From assembly GCA_951406725.2 (NCBI GenBank), contig OX597831.1, forward strand, positions 64,728,001 through 64,792,000: a stretch of 64,000 nt of DNA, in the 5' to 3' direction. The notes beneath the pieces were generated by a model that was not told the origin of the DNA, did no database searches, and was given only the letters and a program-made list of their open reading frames with translations. Shown here in pieces: positions 55,700 through 64,000 of the stretch (its first letter is position 1; every line of letters starts with the position of its first letter). The DNA comes from Octopus vulgaris (lineage: Eukaryota). The position numbers and the translations under genes are program-made.

Positions 55700-58300
55700 C
55701 ATGAAAAGTAAGCATTAGTAGTGAACATTTGTGAAAATAAATATCAAAAGTGAATGTGTGTAAAAATGAAGAAAATTCTTTAAATGTTTATGCAACAAAA
55801 GATCAAAAGTGAAGTGCGAAAAATCAAAACGTGTCAGACACCGAGCATGTAAAACTAAACGCAAGAGAATGAACTTATGTGAAATTGAACACAAAACATG
55901 AACTTATGTAAACATCAATAGTGAACGTCTGAGAAAGTGAAACTTCAACAGTGAACGTGTGCAAAACTAAATATCAGTGTGCGAGAGTAAATAGTGAATG
56001 TGTAGAAACTAAAAATCAGTAGTGAACGTGTTCAAAACTAGAAATCAACAGTGAACGAGTGCGAGACAAAACATCAACAGTAAATGTGTACAAAATTGAA
56101 CATCAGCGGTGAACGTATGCAGAATTAAACATCAATAGTTAACGTATCTGAAACTAAAAAAATAGTAGTGCATCTACGGAAGTAAACATCAATAGTGAAC
56201 GTGAGAAACAGAACGTCAACAGTGAACGTGAACGAAACTTAACATCGATAGTAAACGAGTGCGGAAGTAAACTTCAGTAGTGAACGCGTGTAGAAGTGAA
56301 TATCAAACGTGGACATGTGCGAAAATAAATATCTATAGTGAAAGTGTGCAAAGAGTCAATGTGTGCAAAACTGAACATCAAAATACAATGTGTGCAAAAT
56401 TAAACATCAATAATGAACGTTTATGGAATTAAATACTAATAGTAAAAGTGTGAGAAAGTAAACAGGAATAGTGAACGTGCTCAAAACTAAAAACCAGTAG
56501 TGAATTGTGCAAAACTAAAATTCAAATTGTGCAAAAAAAAGCCATAAATAGTAGCTGTGTGCAAAAATAAACATCTTTAGTTAACGTATTTGGAACTAAA
56601 CAGCAATAGTGAACCTATACGGAAGTAGACAACAATAGTGAACGTGTACGCAAGGGGACGTCAACGGTGCACGTTGTCGAAACTAAACGGGAGCAAAAGT
56701 AACCATTAATAGTCAGCATGTGCAAAACTAATTATCTATAGTGAACGTGTGCAGAAGTGAACATCAATAGAAAGTGTGCAAAACAGAACATGAATATTGA
56801 ACGTGTGCAAAACTAAACATTAATAGTGGATGTGTACAAAATTAAACATCAATGGTGAACGTGTGCCCAACGGAACGCCAGCAGTGAACGTTGTCGAAAA
56901 TAAATAACAATAGTAAACGTGTGTGAAAGTAAACATTGATAGTGAACATAGGCGTAACTAAATGTCTGTAGTGAACGTGTGCAAAAGTAAACAACAATAG
57001 AATGCGTGCAAAACTGAACATAAATACTGAACGCGTGCAAAACTAAACATCAATAGTGAATGTGTGCAAAACTAAACGTCAGTGGTGAATGCGTGCGTAA
57101 CAGAACGCCAGCAATGCACATCGTTGAAGCCAAATAACAATAGTGCACGTGTGCGAAAGTAAACATTAGTAGTGAACATGATCGAAATAAAAAATTGTAG
57201 TGAACGTGTGCAAAAGTAAACATCAATATTATGTGTGCAAAAAGTGAACATCAATAGTCAATAGATTGTGTGCAAAAGTGAACACGTTCTATAGTGAACG
57301 TGTGCAAAAGTGAACATCAACATAAAGTGAGCAAAACTGAACATAAATAGTGAACGTGTGCAAAACTAAACGTTAGTGGTGAATGCGTGCGCAACAGAAC
57401 GCCAGCAGTGAACGTTGTTGAAACCAAATAACAATAGTGAACGTGTGTGAAAGTAAACATTAGTAGTGAACATGATCGAAACAAAAAATTGTAGTGAACT
57501 TGTGCAAAAGTGAACATCAATAGAATGTGTGCAAATAGTGAGCATCAATAGATTGTGTGCAAAAGTGAACATCAGCAGTGAACGTGTGTAAAAGTGAACA
57601 TCATCAGTGAACGTGTGCAAAAGTGAACATCAACAGTGAACGTGTGCAAAACTGAACATGAATAGACAACATGTGCAAAACTGAATATGAATACTGAACG
57701 TGTGCAAAAGCTAAACATCAGTAATGATCGTGTGAGAAACTGAGCATCAACAATAAATATATTGAAACTGAAGAGGAATAGTGAACATGTGAAGAAGTAA
57801 ACAAACAAGGCGAACATGTGCGTACATCAATAGTGAACGTGGGTGCAACATAACATAAACAGTGAACACTGTAGAAGCTAAACAACAACAGTGAACACTG
57901 TAGAAGCTAAACAACAACAGTGAACGTGTACGAAACTAAATATCTGTATCAATAATGAACATATACGGAAACAAATATTAATAATAAACGAGTACGGAAC
58001 TAAACATCAATAGTGAACGTGTGCAACACTAAACAACAATGGTGAACGTGTGCGAAAATAAACATATGTAAACATAGATGGAACTGAACATCAATGGTGA
58101 ATGTATACTAAACATAAACAATGAACATGTTAAACACTAAACATCAATAGTGAACGTGTAAAAAAACTAAACATCAAAAGCATGTGAAACCGAATATGTA
58201 CAACCGAATAGTGAGCATCTTTGAAACTGAATACGAACAGTAAACGTTTGTTGAGTTAAACAGATATAGTGAACACCCCAAAAAGTAAACGGCAATAGGG
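55700..58300. repeat. Degenerate satellite, ~30-bp unit AAACTAAACATCAATAGTGAACGTGTGCAA
   Basis: Dozens of tandem diverged units, with higher-order duplicated blocks. Confidence 0.9.
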
Positions 58301-58639
58301 AAAATTTGTGAAAGAAAATAAGTGTGGTAATTATATTTAAAACCAGACAACAAAGTGAGCATAATCTCAAAAATAATTGTCGTTTACATGAAATAGATCT
58401 ATTTATAATCTAATATAGAAATCTTTAGACATATTGTTTACAAATCCATCGAAAATATAATATACATCTTGCATATATATACACTATACATATTAAATGT
58501 TCTACACATACTGCACATACACACACACACATCAAATGCTTTACAGAAATATAATACATATATCAAATGTTTAAACATATATCACACAATGTCTTACATG
58601 CACACAATATATAACTTTTCTACACACCCAAACCACACA

Positions 58640-59030
58640 AACGAGGCTGCTACCAAAAGTTTCCTGACTATACGTGCCATGGATGCTACAAAAGGGAATG
58701 ACGATCGCTAGTAACCGCCTACAAAATCAGTTTTATACTTGCTATTCGTATTCGATTTTTAAACTAGATTTTAGAAAATGATGTGTTAAAGCGATTTTGT
58801 GATTTTTACGACAGTTGACAAATTAAAGTTATGCGCCAAATTTTGCATGAAACTCAGCCGATAAATCTGCTACAAAAACCTTCGACATGTATCGGTAGGA
58901 TTTTGGCGAACAGTTTTTAGGTCGAGCACAGTTTTTTTTTTAGTATCAAGCACGTTTCAAAGCCAGATGAATATCGGGTCAAGATGTTAGGCTTTCAGAC
59001 CGTCTTTCACCTTGAACGGTCACTAACACT
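58640..59030 (+). mobile_element. Mariner-like 5' fragment
   Basis: acgaggctgctaccaaaagtttcc terminus and degenerate N-terminal transposase-like sequence. Confidence 0.45.
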
Positions 59031-59824
59031 AATTTGCAGATGGGACATATTAAGTAATCATCTTAAGATTTGACATTTTCTTCTAATCAAGTGGCGGAGG
59101 TAAAGTGATTTGATTCAGCTGAAGTAAATTACTTCTACGAATTTCCTCGAAGACGAAGTTGATTACGGCAGAATTTGAACTCTGATCGCAAATATCAAAA
59201 CATTTCGTTTAACAGTAAGCATTTTGCGTTCATGTATCAACGGCTTGTATTCGAAGTAACGTAAGTTATAACAGTTTATATGAAAGTACTAAATATATCC
59301 AAATTAGATAATAAGTACTGCTTGATTTGATTCGGTGTTTCGATGAATATTTCGTTAAAAAATACACCAAAGAACAGCTGGTCATTAGATGAGCTTGTTG
59401 AGATTGTTATGTTTAGTATTAAATGTGTGTGCGCGTATTTATATAATGTATGATATGGTAGGAAATAGAAAATAAATATGGACAAAGAAAGGAGGTAAAT
59501 ATAGGAACATGCTGTATGAAATTAAATTAAATAGAACAAAATATAAACGACTGTATAATATAATATTAATTAGAACAAAACAAAAAAGTTTAAATGAACG
59601 ATTACATAAAATGATATAAATAAAATAAGATAGAACAAAACAAAAAATATAGCATAAACGATTATATTAATATAATCGTTCATAAATTAAAAACATTATA
59701 AATAAACGAAATGAGATGAAATAGCAAAGACTGTTCCAGCAAGGTTTTACCTATGATGGCAAAAACAAACTACAAAGATAAACTGCATGAAATAAAATAA
59801 AATGAAACAAAATAAGTAGAAAGT

Positions 59825-60660
59825 AACTGATGATGCTGTAGGTGAATCAACTGTTCGGAGGTGGTTTTCAAAATTTAAAGTTGGAGAGTTTAGCTTGGAA
59901 GATGAGAGTCGCAGTGGAAGACCTTCAAAGTTAGATGAGGATGTTTTGAAGGCAAAAATCGAAGAAAACTCAAATATCACGACTAGAGAACTCGCAGTGT
60001 CTGGTGATTTGTGACGAAAGCTGGATCTACTGTTATGACCCGGAGCCCAAGAGATAGAGCAACTAATGAAACAACCTGTCTCCCCCTGGTTGCAAGAAGG
60101 TCAGATAAAGCAAGTCCACCGGGAAGTTCATCATGATCTCCTTTTCCGATAGTAAGGACGTCATCTACACCCATTAGGTTCCCTCTGACCAGACGATCAA
60201 CAGAATACTTTGTGGAGGTTTCGAGATAATTCAGGAAGAGATTTCGTCACAAAAGGCGAGAGCTCTTCCTCTCGAGTAGGTGGCCACTGCACCAGTCCAC
60301 AATTCCATCATGGCAATCAACTACTTGAGAGAAATGGGCGTCAAAGCTGTCCCTCACCCTCTCTACAGTCCAGACCCTGTTTCCTATGGCTTTAATTTAT
60401 CCCCAAGCTGAAGAACTTAGGGGAAGTCGTTTTGGAGACATTGAGAAAATGAAGGAGGCAGTTACGAGGGTCCTGGGTACCTTAACTTTGGAGGACTTTC
60501 ATGGGGGTCTTCACAAAGTAGATGGAGAGCTACAACAAGCTCATTAAGTCAGAGGACCCTTTTTGTTTTAAGGAGATTAAAGTTTTGTATGATACTTCTT
60601 TGAAATTAATAAATGTCTCCCCTGAAAAAGTCTCAAAACTTCTGGCATGCACCCCGTATT
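59825..60660 (+). mobile_element. Mariner-like transposase fragments
   Basis: TVRRWFSKFKVGEFSLEDESRSGRPS (helix-turn-helix region), a DESW-like motif and HPLYSPD; frameshifted. Confidence 0.7.
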
Positions 60661-60740
60661 ATACATGGGGAGCGAAAGTAGTAAACATTATTATCTATGT
60701 GAAATGTTATAAGGCACGGACATATAAGCCTTCTGACAAT

Positions 60741-60783
<43 letters not shown>

Positions 60784-61014
60784 CTTGGGTCAAAAATGTC
60801 GATATTCTGACAATCACACACACATACACACGCACGCACGCAGATATTGTGCTTTATATGAAATGTAAAAATCATGTTGTTTTTTAGAAATGAATATTGG
60901 ATGAATCTATTTAAAAATCAAATTATTAATGGAAGACAATTGAGGATCGTTGCATATTGTTGGCATTAAAACAAGGGGTCTGCTCGAGGTTTGTTATTTT
61001 CTGAACATGGGATA

Positions 61015-61075
<61 letters not shown>

Positions 61076-61659
61076 GGCACCTTTCTTACAAAATATAACA
61101 ATTAAGCACCGAATTAACATTGTGATGAAAAAAAAAAGCAAATGACAGTAAAAAATGATTAACATTTCATTAGTAGCAAAAAAAAGTTTCGTGGCAAAGT
61201 GAATAGAGTCAGTTTTTCTCAATTTAAGACGATTAATGGATTTCTGTGAAGGGGGGACAAGTTAAACAATATGTGAATACAATGAGAGTGCAAAATATAT
61301 AATTCCCGAAACATCTGGAAGAATATACACTGATTAAATTGTTGAAGGAAAACAAATATTAATACCAAAGACTGAAACAGTCTCGACAATAGTTTTTAGG
61401 TTTTTGATGTCAAGGATGAAAAATACGGAGAAGCCGACATATTTTTTTTTGAATGAATAAGATAAAATGTAAAAATATAAAAACAGGTAGGAGATATGGA
61501 AGGCAAAATACAAAAGTAAAAGATATTCGTATTCAAAGTTTGCATTTTTTGGGATAGTGAGTGTATACAACAAAATATGTTACATTTAAAGGCTGACGTG
61601 TCAAATACATATATGAGGAAATCATTGAGTAAATACACACGGACACTTACATACACACT

Positions 61660-61677
61660 TATATATATGTATATATA

Positions 61678-61746
<69 letters not shown>

Positions 61747-61851
61747 ACATATATACATACATACATATATATATATATACACACATATATATATATACAT
61801 ACACACATATATACACATACACACACACATATATATATACATACATATGTA

Positions 61852-61888
<37 letters not shown>

Positions 61889-61936
61889 GTATGTATATAT
61901 ACATACATATATATATATACATACATATATATATAC

Positions 61937-61983
<47 letters not shown>

Positions 61984-61996
61984 CATATATATATAC

Positions 61997-62067
<71 letters not shown>

Positions 62068-62090
62068 CATATATATGTATGTATATATAT
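61660..62090. repeat. Compound (TA)n/(TACA) microsatellite
   Basis: Directly visible in the sequence. Confidence 0.95.
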
Positions 62091-62204
62091 GCGTTCATTT
62101 TTCTTCTTTTTCGCTTCAATATTTTAAACGTTTCTTATATCTCATTGTAAACGTATTAAATATTCTTCAAATCAATTTTTTTGTAATCATTAATATTTAT
62201 ATTC

Positions 62205-62630
62205 TGCAAGGGTGGGATGAAGAAGTGATTGCTAGATCTTTGAAATCTTGCATTAACGTCAACTCCCCTTATTAATAACTACATTGTTTCTTTCTAGGTA
62301 AACTGGCATCTGACTGATAAAAGACTTCAAAATTAACTAATAGCGACTTCTCTTGGGAATAGACAAAATTTGGCATCGTGGCATCAAGTACCTGCAGAAA
62401 AAGGATGTGCGTTGGCTTCATCACTTTGAGCCAGAGATAAAGAGACACTCCAAATAGTGGAAACACCCCTCCTCACCTACTCCAAAGAAGGGCAAGGTGG
62501 TTTCATCTGTAGGGAAGGTGATGGCCTCAGTTTTTTTGGGATGCGAAAGGCATTGTGTATATTGACTATCTTGAAAAGGGTCGCACCGTCAATGAAGAGT
62601 ATTATAGTAAATTATCGAAGCAAGTTCTTG
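62205..62630 (+). mobile_element. Deleted copy of the same mariner family as 29795-31040
   Basis: Shared segments ggtaaactggcatctgactg, atcaagtacctgcagaaaaagg and aaaggcattgtg. Confidence 0.75.
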
Positions 62631-62737
62631 AAATGAAACAATTTTATTTATTTGAGCGCGCTGAGGGACATTATGATTACAAAATCGAGCAGTTTTTCAA
62701 CTAGTCTACCTCAAATAGATGCAAACAAAATATTCTG

Positions 62738-62898
62738 TCAATGCTCTTCATTTCTTTGAAGGAAGTTTCGCTTTAAACTCTGGACCACGGTGAATCTACC
62801 GAGTGGCCCTTTCCCAGACCATTGTAGGTAACAGGATTCAATGTCCTTCTTTAAAGAGACATTATCGTAATGATAAATAGGGGCTTGTACATTTGGAT
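62738..62898 (-). CDS. Possible terminal coding exon of an unidentified gene
   Basis: Acceptor actttacag| then an open frame PNVQAPIYHYDNVSLKKDIESCYLQWSGKGPLGRFTVVQSLKRNFLQRNEEH*; non-repetitive; no family recognised. Confidence 0.3.
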
Positions 62899-63011
62899 CT
62901 GTAAAGTTTTGATTCAACAGTGCTATGTTGCGCATTGTTTTTCTCTGGGACTATGTTAATAAGAATAATTCAGGACATTATTGCCTAAACAACTCTGATA
63001 CATGTACACAT

Positions 63012-63013
<2 letters not shown>

Positions 63014-63099
<86 letters not shown>

Positions 63100-63248
63100 G
63101 TATATATATATGTATGTATATGTATATATAGGGAGAGTTTACGAAAAAAAAAACAAAAGACGAAGACAGGTGATGTACAAAACAAACAGATGTATTAGTA
63201 TAACGCTCAGGAATAGAAAAAGTCTTTCACGTTTCGAGCCTACGCTCT

Positions 63249-63335
<87 letters not shown>

Positions 63336-63398
63336 ATGTATATATATATATATTCATATATATCTATGTATATATATTCATACATATATATGTATATA

Positions 63399-63461
<63 letters not shown>

Positions 63462-63522
63462 ATGTATTTATGTATATATATATATGCACATACATATATA
63501 CTCATACACACACACACACACA
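63014..63522. repeat. (TA)n/(TG)n microsatellite with an embedded ~120-bp element (63131-63249)
   Basis: Directly visible in the sequence. Confidence 0.9.
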
Positions 63523-64000
63523 CTTTTGAAACTATTTTATATAGTTTTATATCATCATATCATGCAATATAAAACATCGTATATATTTCGTTTTATTTTT
63601 ACAATTTTTGTAGGAGAGACTTACAGTACAAGCATGCAGCACACGGAATACCACAATACCATCAATATATACGAAAAAAAAAGTAAAGATAAAAATGGTA
63701 ATTGTTAACTGCAAATGTTACACCATATACAGAATTTCAGGAAGACGTTGAATTTTTTAGGTTTTAAGCTTTGAGCAACGATGTTGTAATGTAGAATCGG
63801 TGGGTAAAAGTTCGAGAGGAATTTATTGCTATTGTGAATAAGTTTTATTGCTTTCAAAGAATACGGTTTGAAACGTCTTACATTCTCCAGTTGTTGGTAA
63901 ATACGTTTCGTTTACACCACATACTGGGGACTGAAGGACGAGCGGCTGTCGTCATATGTGATAAATCCCAAACAAATCATTGTGATATCTTTAGCTATAA

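Noticed and set aside
55700-58300. CRISPR-like array or repetitive His/Cys protein
   Set aside because: Eukaryotic context, no unique spacers, no cas genes, and frequent stops in all frames.
63879-63994. Exon-like segment with AG/GT borders on the minus strand
   Set aside because: All three frames contain stops between the candidate borders; it cannot be resolved at the window edge.

Overview
Eukaryotic, AT-rich, repeat-dense genomic DNA. The repeat families suggest an octopus/cephalopod genome (inference). Two complete, divergently transcribed spliced genes were reconstructed by hand: ILF2/NF45 (minus strand, 14 coding exons, 19369->1365) and SRP19 (plus strand, 5 exons, 27342->42163). There is also a probable terminal exon of a convergent gene (491-614) and weak orphan exon candidates near 46 kb and 63 kb. 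The rest is transposon-derived: tRNA-derived SINEs (three families), RTE and L1/Tx1-type LINE fragments, a BovB-like insert nested in an RTE, mariner/Tc1, hAT, piggyBac-type and GG..CC MITEs, a Helitron, foldback elements in (TA)n, a ~30-bp satellite and microsatellites. The most notable observations are a minimal hammerhead ribozyme on the sense strand of ILF2 intron 1 with its own antisense 'lock', related degenerate hammerhead elements, a SINE/LINE pair sharing a 3' tail, and repeated pseudoknot-like modules in RTE 3' UTRs. Most ORFs in the supplied track are spurious.
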